A model generated the notes under the pieces. The model was not told the origin of the DNA. It saw only the letters and a list, made by a program, of their open reading frames with translations, and made no database searches. Below are positions 1 through 12,218 of a DNA stretch of 64,000 nucleotides, piece by piece. The stretch spans positions 73,720,001 through 73,784,000 of the forward strand of contig NC_086097.1 in assembly GCF_963921235.1 (NCBI RefSeq). Direction: 5' to 3'. The stretch's first letter is position 1. Every line of letters begins with the position of its first letter. The position numbers and the translations under genes were made by a program. Source of the DNA: Mobula hypostoma (taxonomy: Eukaryota).

Positions 1-735
1 TATTACAAAAAACTAAAAAAAATCATTTAAAATAGAGCAAAAATGCCATCCAGTTCATTATCTTTACCTAAATTGTTACTAAAGTAAACTCAATTGATGA
101 TTAGAGTGTTATTTTTTAATGGGCTGGAATTGCAGGGACATGAAAGACAAGATTCTCATTGCTGATTATTTTAACAGTGGAAATCTAGCAGCAACCTCCA
201 GAGTGTACACAACACATGCGGTTAAAAACCAGAGTTACACCTGTGATTTTCTCCTTCTCAGCAAACTGGTTTCAAGAGATTAGTGCACTATAGGGAACTT
301 AATGTGTGGGGAGCAAACAAGATTGCACCCAAAAACTGTGCACAATGAGGGAGGAATACTTATGATATATATATAACCTGTATTTATTTGAGCTCATGCA
401 CAAATGTAAGCTGTTTACTCACTTTAATGATTTCATCATCTTTGTGTCACCACACTGTCACATTGTCAAGTTTGCTAGAAGCTGGCATCAATTCAAGCTA
501 TTTTGCCAGGATGCACTTATTAGGGAAGTGCATAATGGTCATATCTGGAAGTGACTGAGACTGAAATTGAAATATTATCTTAAAAAATGAAAATAACTAA
601 CATTTGTTAAATGATTATGCACAAAAATGTTAAAATTTAAGGTCTAAATCATTGCCATGACAACTAAAATGCAAACATCGCAAAGGAACTGTCTCATTTA
701 AATTGAACAAGAGTTAATTAAGAAAATAACTACAC

Positions 736-1708
736 CATAAGGCAATAAGACATAGGAGCAGAATTAGGCCATTTGGCCCGTCGAGTCTGTTCCACCATTC
801 AATCATGGCTGATCCTATTTTCCCCTCCTCAACCCCTCTGCCTGACCTTTTCCCCACAACCTTCGATGCTATGTCCAATCAAGAACTTATCAAGCTCTGC
901 CTTAAATACACCCAACAACCCGGCCTCCACAGCTGCCTGTGGGAATAAGGTCCACAAATTCACTTCCCTCCGGCTAAAGGAATTTCTCTACATCTGTTTT
1001 CAATGGACACCCCTCTATCCTGAGACTGTGCCCTCTTGTCCTAGACTCTCCCACCATGGGAAACATTCTTTCCACATCTACTCTGTCTAGGCCTTTCAAC
1101 ATTCAAAAAGGTTTCAATGAGATCCCCCCTCATTCTTCTAAATTCCAGTGAGTACTGACCCAGAGCCATCAAAGGTTCCTCGTATGATAACCCTTTCATC
1201 CCCAGAATCATCCTTGTGAACCTCCTCTGAACTCTCTCCAATGCCAGCACATCTTTTCTTAGATGAGGAGCCCAAAACTGTTGACAATACTCAAGGTGAG
1301 GCTTCACCAGTGCCTCATAAAGCCTCAGCATCACATTCCTGCTCTTGTATTCTCGACCTCTTGAAATGAATGCTACCAATGCTACTGTTGCACTTGCCAT
1401 CCTCACCACCAACTCAGCTTGCAAGTTAACGTTTAGGCTGTTCTGCACAACGACTCCCAAGTTCTTTTGCATCTCAGATCTTTGGATTTTCTCCCCATTT
1501 AGAAAATAGTCTGCACATTTATTTCTACTACCAAAGTGCATGACCATGCATTTTCCAACATTGTATTTGATTTGCCACTCTCTTGCCCATTCTCCTAATC
1601 TGTCCAAGTCCTTCTTCAGCCTACCCATTTCCTGAACACTACCTGCCCCTCCACCAATCGTCATATCATCTGCAAACTTGGCACCAAAGCCATCTATTCC
1701 ATTATCTA
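736..1708 (-). mobile_element. 5'-truncated CR1-type LINE (RT C-terminus plus 3' UTR)
   Basis: ORF 1041..1664 has DLDRLGEWA, YCQQFWAPH and LERVQRRFTRM; CR1 3' stem (gaattaggccatttggccc) and short tandem tail. Confidence 0.9.
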
Positions 1709-2189
1709 ATTAAAGCAATGAACTATGTAAGAATGGAATGTTGTCAAGAGGGACTTTAACTTGCACAAAGATTAGCATGTTGTATTTGTTGAAAAGCAAC
1801 ATGACACGTCTGTATTTGGCATGTTATGAGAAATATGGACTGTAGAATGTGTGACTTCCTTAGCCAGCCCATACATTATTGTCGTAGTACAGTGTTAGCT
1901 AATATGATTCCCATACTCTAATCATGCAGCGACTCAGTTCCTGTGAATCAGGGTATGGTGTTCAATGGGTTAAAGTTCAGAATCCCTCCTTTTGAATGGT
2001 CTTGACTTCATTTCTCTAGCCCACGGCACAACCAAGATTTTGCTGATTTTGCTGCCCCGCTTTATGTACCTTCGGAGGAGAGTCAGGTTTTGCCTGAGCT
2101 ATGATGACATCTTAACTTTCCCTTTATTGATTGTCATACTTGAGGTTGGACTTAAACAACAGGTGACTGACCATGGTCGCTAATCCATA

Positions 2190-2571
2190 ATGAAAATAGC
2201 CGAAGCAGATCAAATGAAAAGGAAGTGTAGACAGTCAAGTGTGGAGTATCTGAAATATGGATTTATACCAGCACCAAACAACCAGCAGCAGAAAATTTGT
2301 CTGTTGTGTGAAAATTGATTTTTCAAATGAAGCAATAATATCATCCTTGAACATTTGAAGAGAATACACTTTGATAAAGCAAACAAGAACTTGGTTTATT
2401 TTCAGTCACTTTGTGAGAACTTTCAGGAATGGAAAAACACTCCAAAATATGTTTGCCAGCACTTCACAACAAAATAGAGATAGTTTGTGTGCTTCATACA
2501 TCATTTCATTGCTCATTGTCAAATCTGGAAAGCCCATACAATTGGAAAAGAACTGATTCTGCCAGCAGCGG
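2190..2571 (+). mobile_element. Degenerate hAT (Buster/Charlie-like) transposase N-terminal fragment
   Basis: Translates KRKCRQSSVEYLKYGFIP...CLLCEN...EHLKRIH (BED-finger-like) with stops and frameshifts. Confidence 0.65.
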
Positions 2572-3563
2572 GTGATAAGAGTGGGCTCCCTCACCTCCAA
2601 CCCTCTGACCATCAATACAGGACCCCCTCAGATCTGCGTACTGAGTCCTCTCCTTTACTCCCTGTATACCCATGACTGTGTCGCCACCCACAGCTCCAAT
2701 CTGCTAATTAAATTTGCCGACGACACTACATTGATTGGCCTTATCTCAAACAATAACAAGGTGGCCTTACAGGGAAGAAGTCATCTCTCTGACACAGTGG
2801 TGTCAAGAAAACAACCTCTCCCTCAATGTTGCAAAAACAAAGGCGCTGGTTGTGGATTACAGGAGGGATGGAGGCAGGCTAACCCCTATTGACATCAATG
2901 GATCTGGGGTTGAGAGAGTGAAAAGCTTCAAGTTCCTCAGCATCCACATCACCGAGGACCTCACATGGTCTGTACACACCAGCTGTGTGGTGAAAAGGGG
3001 ACAACAGCGTCTCTTTCACCTCAGACGGTTGAGGAAGTTTGGTATGGGCCCCCAAATCCTAAGAACTTTCTACAGGGGCACAATTGAGAGCATCCTGACT
3101 GGCTGCATCACTGCCTGGTATGGAAACTGTACCTCCCTTAATCGCAGGACTCTGCAGAGAATGGTGTGGACAGCCCAGCGCATTTGTAGTTGTGAACTTG
3201 CCACTGTTTACGACATTTACAAAGACAGGTGTGTAAGAAGGGCCCAAAGAATCATTGGAAACCCAAGTCACCCCAACCACAAACTGTTCCAGCTGCTACC
3301 ATCCAAGAAACAGTACCACAGCATAAAAGCCAGGACCAACAGGTCCCAGGACAGCTCCTTCCACCAAGCCATCAGACTGCTTAATTCATGCTGATGTGAC
3401 TGTATTTCTGTTATATTGACTATCCTGTTGTACATAATATTTATTATAAGTTACTATAATTGCACATTGCACCCTTGAACGGAGATGTAATGTAAGGATT
3501 GTTACTCCTCATGTATTTGAAGGATGTAGGTGATACAGTCAATTCAGTTCAGTTCAGTTCAAT
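2572..3563 (+). mobile_element. 5'-truncated Rex1/Babar-type LINE
   Basis: LSPLLYSLYTHDC...KFADDT, QQRLFHLRRLRKF, ESILTGCITAWYG; (AGTTC)n tail at about 3540-3563. Confidence 0.85.
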
Positions 3564-6465
3564 CTCCAGTTTCCCCTAAGCTTATGGGGCAATTTCTTTA
3601 CAACAATCATCATATTAGCAGGCATGTCCAGCTCACATATGTCCTGCACTTTTTCCTTGGCATTGCAACAGCCTCTAAAAAAGGACTGTCTTCTGACTTG
3701 ATATGCAACCAAGAAAGAACCTTTTCCATGTAGACTGCAGCAACTTTCTGCTCATCACCAAAATGTTCCTGTAATAAAGCTTTGGCCTTTAGGTATCCTT
3801 CCCCCAGGCTGGCTAGCTGGTAACTTTGGACAAGTTCTCTATGGTAACTTTCAGCGAACTGTTCGACTAAATAGAGTCAATCACCATAATCATCAGTCTT
3901 GCCTTCAAAGCTATTCTTGAAAGCTCTCATAAATGAATGATACTGCGATGGGTCACCATTGAAGATTTGAATCTCTCTTTTAAGCAGAGATGCAATGCAT
4001 TGTTGCATCACGAAGCTTGCTATTTCCTTTTGTGTCCTTGTGGCCTCCAGCACTCTATTTACACCACTATCATCTGAAACATGAGTGTCAGCATACTGTA
4101 AATTGATGTCCTCAGAAGCACCGTGTGCTATTAGATACGGCATAGGTTCAGAGTGCCTCCTTGGTGAGGCTGACAATGAACGTGCTAAATGGCCCGTTGG
4201 GGTCCAAACTTGTGGCTCATTAACTTTTGGGGAACATTGACATCGAGTATGTTGGATTTTCTCTGTGCCTTGTAATCATAGGAACTCTCACCATAGAACT
4301 GTCCTGCTGGAGCATGTTTAGCACCTCAGCACTTGAAACGCTTGGCAATTTCACTCTGGCCATCTTGGTTGCAATTTCTTCCTGCCACTTAAGCTACTCC
4401 TAGTTTCTCCAGAGCTGTTTTTCTGTTTCTCCAACACACGTTATCCCTCAATATTTGTTGTCTTGTCCATTGCACAGCTAAATCAGCTTCCATTTTAATA
4501 TGAGCTGAGATAGTATCAGATTCACAGGATGCTGTGCTAGCAATAGAACCTGCTGCACACACGTTAGACTCACTGTCTTCAGGATGCATGTCATCCTAAA
4601 AATCATCAGGTTTATACGTAGTCACAGTATGTCCTGAGGTTTGGTAAGTATTTTCATTTCCTCCAGCAACATTGCATGTTTGTTTCAACCATTGTTCAGC
4701 CTCTGCTGTGACTATATTAATAAGCTTATCAATATTTACATAGCTTTTAGTTTGCTTATCTTGCACTGAGATTGGCATTAAAGACAACAGCAAGTTACGT
4801 TGCTGAGCAACATCTTCAAGAAGATTTTTAAAATCATCTAATTGAGACTGCACTTGCAAGACATCGTGCTCTTCTGGTACAAGGAAACGTTTATTTAGTG
4901 GTATTAAATGGTTCAATTTAATTTCAGAGAATGTATACAGTATTCAGCCTGAAATCCTTACTCTTTGCAAACATCCACAAAGCAGAGAGAAAATTAACCC
5001 AAAGGAATGAATGACAGAAAAATATTAGAACCCCAAAGCCCCCCTCCCATGCAGGAGCAGCAGCAAAGCATCAACCCTTCCCCCTCCTCCCACTTGTTCC
5101 AGCAAAAAGCATCAGTCCCCCCCCCACCACCACCACCCATCATGCAATCAATAGCAAGCCCCCAGAGATCATGATCTGGAGTACATCAAAAACTACTGTT
5201 CATCCCAACACGCCAACATCTCAACAGGCTCTCCCACTAACGAGGGAGAGAGAGAGATATCGCTTCTGCTATAGTGAGAGACGAGGCCAACAGCTCACTG
5301 TTTCAATGTTACAGTCTGCAGTGTTGCTTTTTCAAGTTCCCCAACCTGAGAATCAGAAAACTCTGTCTTTCAATGCTTCAATCTCCCATGATGCTTCAGA
5401 TGGCGACATTGGCAATGGATCATCTTCAGGACTGCACTCCAAAGGCACATGGCTTCCAAGCTGCTTCTGGGGATACCAAAGCACCAGGCTGCTCAGCAAA
5501 CTCTTGAGAGAAAGAATCCACTGCCCATGAAGAACGTAGTCTGAGTGTAGCTGTGGATCACGGGCTCCAACTGGACCCCAGCACCTAGAAAAGGAAAAAT
5601 AAGATATAAGAACCAAAGAATTAAACTATTTCATGGATTAGAAGTTTCCCAGGTCTGCAAAAACCTCTGGCACCATCTTTAGCTCCTCCCACTCCAATCA
5701 TTAATCTTTTTAACAGTTTTATTATAGCCTTTCAAAAGTTGTCAATTCTAGTTGTCAAAGCTTTCCCAGTAAGGTTAATTTCTCTTTTAGTCCTGACTTC
5801 AAAGTCACTGCTCCTAGCTTGACTCATGTTGTCTTCCAAATGCGCAAACCAGACAAAACAACAGCATTCCATTCAGGTGTTGGCAATCATATTATTTCAG
5901 CATTTCAAAAGAATCAAGCATTGAACTCTCAAGCAAACACTGCTATAGAGCTAACGTTCAATGACGACCATTCTGGGCTGTGTTCCAAATCGAAACACAG
6001 AGCATAATCCACAAAACGTTGTTACTTGCCACAGGCTTCTCCACGGTGCTTCTAATTTCAGAGACGCGTCTGAAAGCTGATGTTTGTTTGGTGTAACTGT
6101 CAAAATCTTTTGTTGAGAAAATGTAGCAGCTATGCTAAAAACTAATGCTACTGCTGGCAACCCCCACAGATTGTTATATTTGTCCAATGACTCCAAGGTC
6201 AAAAATCCAAAAACTGTATTCGATGCTTGATTAGCAACTAGCAAACTTACAGTCTTGAAGCAATGAAACTAAGCATAATTAGGCGATCAAAAAAATGATA
6301 TCCATCTGCCCCAGCCCCAAATTGCTCAAAACAAAGCATGAATACGTCACTTATTCCCTTCGCTTTTACCATGTCCCTACTCAGAGGATGAGTTACCATA
6401 ATACACAAAATAAATGTGCAGTACAGAATGCAATGCAGATAGAGAACAGAAGCATGGCTTCTACA
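3564..6465 (-). mobile_element. BEL/Pao LTR retrotransposon relic (5' LTR about 6020-6465 plus decayed gag)
   Basis: KREIQIFNGDPSQYHSFMRAF (Pao gag-like); LTR runs TGTAGAAGC...GGCAAGTAACA on minus; colinear with the copy at 24060-27752. Confidence 0.8.
4911..5695 (-). mobile_element. Non-coding, non-autonomous retroelement inserted in BEL gag
   Basis: Interrupts the alignment with the second BEL copy (ggtattaaat|...|atcattaat); AAGATGGTGCC-type 5' end. Confidence 0.55.
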
Positions 6466-7048
6466 TTATGATAAAGTGTAAATTTGCAATTGGTGCCACC
6501 TCCAGTTTAATTTGGGGATGGGTGGTATTTGAAAGATTATGATGAGCATTTTACCACCGAGCCAGAAAACATTGAACAGTCATTAACTACTGGAACTGGC
6601 ATTTATTCTTATTTTAGTTGTTGTACATTTACCAGTTTTCCCAACATAATGTGTCAATTGGGATGACTCATAATGTATTCTTAGAAGTATTATGTGAATT
6701 TGGTTCCTAAAGTTGTCATAGCTGGGAGTGGTAGTGGGGATAAGCTCCCTACCTAAATGGCGTGCATCTGTAACAGCTTCTGACAACCAAGCCCAACTCT
6801 TGGCCTTCACATGTGGTTTAGCTACTAGGCCCCGCAGAACTGTTTCTACTGACAAGAAAAGGGCAAAGTTGGACAACTGGCACCTCAAAACCAGTTGTTT
6901 CGGGCAGGTGGGGCACGTTAGCCTTGGACAGTAGCCCGCCTAGGAGAAGGAAAACTCTGATTTTAAACCTCCGCTGCCTTGCGGCCATACCCACCCACAG
7001 GAAAGGCTTCGGGAGTAAACCCCGAGGAAGAAATCCGGAGCCAGGGTC

Positions 7049-10000
7049 TGTCTGTCTGTCTGTGTCTTGTTTCATGGCGGTTGGCATCCAGCTTGATGGT
7101 GCATTACCGCCACCCTCTGCTCCGGAATGTGCACTAGACATATAATCTAAATCCCTTCACCCAATCTCGCACGCACGTGCGCACACACACACACACACAA
7201 ACCTACACTTTACCCTCCCATCTTTGACCATCCTAGTACCCTACTCCTGTTTATCTGTCATATCCTATAAAAAACCCCTGTACCCCTTAAGAACGCTAAA
7301 AATACCCGGACCTGTGCTCTCTCACCCATGCCCAGCAACCCTTTTAATGTGAATTCCTGCACCCCCAACTCCCTTAGTTTAATTCTCATCATCCCTCTCT
7401 CTGTATCCCATACTTCCTGTGTTACGTACCCTGTAACTGGGTTGCCAAACCAGCAGAAATGGACCGCTTAGTTGGAGTCTGGATTACTGGAACTGAGAAA
7501 GTTTTATTAAAGAAATAAGTAACACAGTACTCTAATAGTAAGGATATAAATGCAAAAGGTTAGCAATGATAAAACACACGTACACAGAACTAGGATAATA
7601 GGATCAATCAAGCTCTATCGCAGTCTAGGGGTAAAATGATCAGTCTCAAGTGATGCAGAGTTCAGTTCAGTATAGTTCAGTTCGCAGTAATCACTGTTGT
7701 GCCGTTGGGGAGAGAGAGAGAGAGTGCGAATGATGATACTCAAATCGGATTCAAACAGACCTTTGATATTCCTTGCAGTTAGCTTTCGGGCGAGCCCTTT
7801 GTAATGTCTTCTGAGGTCACCGACTGTGACCCCTCCGTTCCGGATACGATCGTTCTTCTGCGGTGAACCTGGCACCCAGGCAAGGGCGGACACACACACC
7901 AGGTTCCCGCCAATCGTACCTTTCCACCCTGTGCGTCTATGGTCGGTCTCACGACCAGACCTCCAAAACTCCCACCAACTTGTTGGGGGGGGGCGCACTT
8001 CCAGGGTCTCGTTATCTCGTGGTGTCGTGGTGTGTCGCTTGCCTTAGCGAACCTGTTCCTGTTATCCCCCTGCTGGGGTATCGCCTGTGCATCAAACTTC
8101 AAACAGTTCAGGTTCAAAGCAAACGGTCTGACAATACTGGGAACTGTGTCTCTTTTCGTTAAACTCTGTCGTCTCTCATATTAGCATTTTGAATGTTTCT
8201 CTCTTTGTCTCTCTTATCAGCATCAATCTTCTGATAACTTGGTCTTTTGTCACACCTGCAACTCAGAACTACATGTTCTACTGACTCCTTTTCCTGACAT
8301 TCCTCACACAATCCTGTCTGGTGTTTCCCTATCATTTTCAATGTTTTGTTTAATGCACAATGCCCCAGTCTTAACCTAGTCCACACAGTCTCCTCTCTTC
8401 TGTTTCCACTACCTGCAACACTTTTTTGTATTTCATATAAATGCCTCCCTTTCCCCTCCCTGTCCCATCTTCCTTGCCATATTTGGTTGACTTCTTCCCA
8501 GATTACACACTTAACCTCTGCTTTACTGATACTAATGTGCATTTCTACATTCTCTTTCTTTAACACCCTCTTTGCCAACTCATCCACCCTCTCATTCCCC
8601 TTCACCCCTACATGTGCTGGAACCCATAGAAATTTGACCTGACCTCTCTGATTTGCAATTCTTGTAACTAACTGAAGGACTTCATAAAGTACATCTTGCC
8701 AGCTGTTTGTGTGAAAAGACCTCAAACTTGCTAGAACTGAGGATGAATCTGAACATATCAATGCTTTGACTTGTCTGGCTTTCTGCACCCATTGCAACGC
8801 AAACAACACTGCCAGCATCTCCACTGTAAACGCCCCTAACTTATTAGATGTTCTTCTGCTGATTCCAATTTCTTTTGCTGGTATAACCACCCCAAACCCT
8901 GTCACTCCTGTTTCAGGTTCCTTCACACCATCCGTATAAATGTGAGTATAATCACTATACTTTTCCATCACGTAACAGTTAAATGCATTTACCAAATCTG
9001 TTTTATATCTTCCTTTCCTTTTTACCTCTAACAAATGCCAGTCTATGTCAGGCCATACAAGCTTCCATGGAGCTACAACCAGATAAACTGCTGAAGGACT
9101 TATCCTTAGATCAAACACTCCACATTCTTTCGCAATATCATTCCCTACCTGACTAAAGGTATCCCTCTGAAACCTCCCATTTTCCCAGCACTCCTGCAAC
9201 ATTCCTTTAGCAGGATGAGAATCATTGTGCCCCTGCAAGTCAGCCCAGTAGTTTGCCACCAGTTGCATCCTTCTTAGTTCCAAAGGCATTATTCCCATTT
9301 CTACCGGTAGGGCTGATCCTGGTGACGTTTTAAAAGCCCCACTGCACACTCTCAAATCACATCCAGTTTCCTTATAAGAGACCAAGCTGCTGATCCATAT
9401 GCTATGTTTCCATAGTCCAACACAGATCTCACTAAGGCCACATAAATTCTCTTCAACGCTGAACAATGTGCTCCCCATTCCCTACCAGTCAAACATCTCA
9501 TCACATTTATTACTTTCTTACATTTCTCCTCAACTTTCCTGATATGGTCTGCCCATGTTAATCGTTAATCAAATATAACTCCCAGAAATTTAAATGATCC
9601 AACCCTTTCTAATTCAATCCCATACATCCTTAACTTCTTCCCTACCTCAATTCTTTTCCTGGTAAAAAATACAGTTTGAGTTTTTTCTACTGAAAATCTA
9701 CATCCCCAATCATAACCCCACTCCACCACTTTATCAATTGCTTCTTGTAGTTTCCTGATTATATGCTCCATGTTCCTGCCTCTTTTCCACAAGGCCCCAT
9801 CATCCGCAAACAGTGACCTACCTATATCCACTGGTACCTTTGTGAAGACATCATTAATCATAATGATGAAAAGTAATGGGCTAAGCACACTACCCTGAGG
9901 TGGGCCATTTCCCCTAAGTACTGTTTTGATAATTCTGACCCAATCCGAACTTGAATTTTTCTACCAAACAAAAAATCTTTAATCCAAATAAAAACTCTCC

Positions 10001-12218
10001 CACCAACCCCCATCTTGTGCAGTTTAATTAATAATCCTTCCTTCCACATCATATCATAGGTTTTTTCAATGTCAAAAAATAATGCAACTACCGATTCTTT
10101 ATTTGCCTGGGCCTTCCTTCTTTCAGTCTCTAACCTTATCACTGAGCCCATGGAATTCCTTCCCTTTCTAAAACCACTCTGATAAGTTGCCAGCATTCCC
10201 CTCTTCTCAAGCTCATACGATAACCTTTCTGTTATCATCCTTTCCATTATCTTACATATATTTGATGTTAATGCAATTGGTCTGTAGCTAGTGGGTTTTG
10301 ACAGATCCTTGCCAGGTTTCCTTATTGGAATTACTACTGCTTCTTTCCATGCACTTGGTAATCTTCCCTCCTCCCACACTCTGTTATAAAAATGCAGCAA
10401 CTTCGACAGTGCTCCTTCTCCTAGATTTTTTAGCATCACAGAGCATATCAGATCTTTCCCTTGGGAGGTTGGTCTCGATCTCTTTATTGCTCTCACCATT
10501 TCTGCTAACGTAAATGGATCATCAATTATATCATCTGTTCCTTCCCTCCTGTTTAACACACCTGGGTGTTGGCTCATTTTTCTTTCCCTTCTCCTTCTCC
10601 CTTCTTCAGACAAATTTTCTGAACTGTGTATCAGTACAAATGACTTGGCCATGATCTCAGCCTTATCCCTACTGGAGACTGCAGTTTCCTCCTCAGATAT
10701 CATTACTGGATATTCCCATTCCCTTCTATCTCTTCCCATCCTCTTAATCATTCCCCATACCTCTCCCACAGGTGTTGTTCTTCCTATTTTGTTGCAAAAA
10801 CTCCTCCAACTTGCCCTTTTAGCTTGATGTATAGTTCTTCTCACCACTGCCTGTGCTTTCTTATATTGAACCAAATGCTGCATATTATGGGTTCTTTTAA
10901 CTAGCCTGAATGCTCTATTTCTGTTTTTTACAGCCTGACAACATTCCTCTGTCCTCCATGGTACCAGTTTCCTATGCATCCTATTTTTACTCCTAGGTAT
11001 AGATCCTTCTGCTGCCATAATAATTGCTGAAGTCACCTGACTGTTTAATTCATCTACATTTCCAGAAATATCAATCTTTGTCAATGTCTCTTCACTCTTA
11101 TTTCTTGAATTTTATTCTCCCGTCTCATAACCTCACACCCACTATATGCTACATTATGAGCTCCTCCGCAATTGCAGCATTTTGGTTGAACTCCTGTTCC
11201 GCACTTTCCATATTCATGATCACCCCCACAACTAGCACATCTCCTCTGCCTTTTACAGTTTTTAGCCACGTGTCCAAACCTTTGACAATTATAGCAACTC
11301 AGTGGCTTTGGCACATACACCCTTACTGGGTAACTCATGAAACCCAGGAACAGCTTCCTTGGCACTCTTTCTTCTTCAAATTCAATCAATACTGATTCAC
11401 TTTCCTTTTTCACTCCCTCCTTTGTTGTTTTCAGTCTTTGAACATTCATTACTTTCCCTCCTTTGATATTCCTCTTTAACTCCTCCATATTTATACTCAT
11501 TGGTATCCCCGTGATCACTCCTTTACGACCACTATTTTGTGCTCCCACCCTCCCAGTGTATTCCACCTTGCATTTTCCTATCTCTTTCAGCTTGAGTGCT
11601 TTCTCAAGTTGTTCCTCATTCGCACATCTTACCAATAAGTTGTCATCATTAAGGACTTTTGCAAATACTATTTCCTCTATCTTATTTGCCAGAGTTGTTG
11701 TTAGCACAAATGGGTTAATTTTCTTCATATGTCCTTGGGGCTTCTCATTAAACCTAATTATGACAACACCTCCTCTCTGAACTTGTACATCTTCCTCACT
11801 TTCAGAGCTCTCTCCACTGTCATTTCTTATTCTTTTATTCCCTTTGTCTCGGTTTTCATTCATCCGTCTCCTCATTCCCTTTATTTCTCCCTTCACAATA
11901 ATCCATCTCTCCCCAGCTGCCTACCTCTGATCCCAAGTCCCTATCCCGCTCCTTCTCCACTTTCTTTCCCTCAACCCCGCCTCTCATCTTGTCCGCCATT
12001 ACCGGACCCACACGACCCCCTCCCAGCAATTTCCGTTCCTTTCCCACTCTCTTTCCCTCAACAGGTTCCAAACCACATTCACGCATCAAGCAAAACACAG
12101 CCAGCCTCCCCTCCCTCCAACTAAACCTCCAAAGTTCCCCACCCGCTGATTCCTGGCCGTGCCCCTGTTCCAGTGCTTGGGAACTCTACAAGTCGGTCTC
12201 CATGGCAGCAACGTTGCG
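7049..12218 (-). mobile_element. Nimb/I-clade LINE: ORF1 (CCHC knuckles), RT, RNase H, C-terminal CCHC; APE endonuclease missing
   Basis: ORF1 CYNCQRFGHVAKNC; RT YRPIALTS, QSGFRKG, LFADD; RNase H YTDG..CSDS..WVPAHVGVKGNERVD; (CAGA)n tail; TSD GGAGCC(A/G)GGGTC at 7037-7048 and 12219-12230. Confidence 0.9.
7420..8254 (-). mobile_element. Gypsy (Gmr1-related) solo LTR, 835 bp
   Basis: TG...CA ends; 4-bp TSD CCTG (7416-7419, 8255-8258); shares blocks (aactgaactgaact, ttacccctagact, ccatttctgctggtt) with the LTR at 59229-61084. Confidence 0.85.

Noticed and set aside
6780..6900. HDV-like ribozyme in the RTE-like element (gcc-ttcacat..ggt; gggcaaa-gttgg pairing with ccaac)
   Set aside because: I could not assemble a consistent P1/P1.1/P3 nested pseudoknot by eye; it needs a covariance search.
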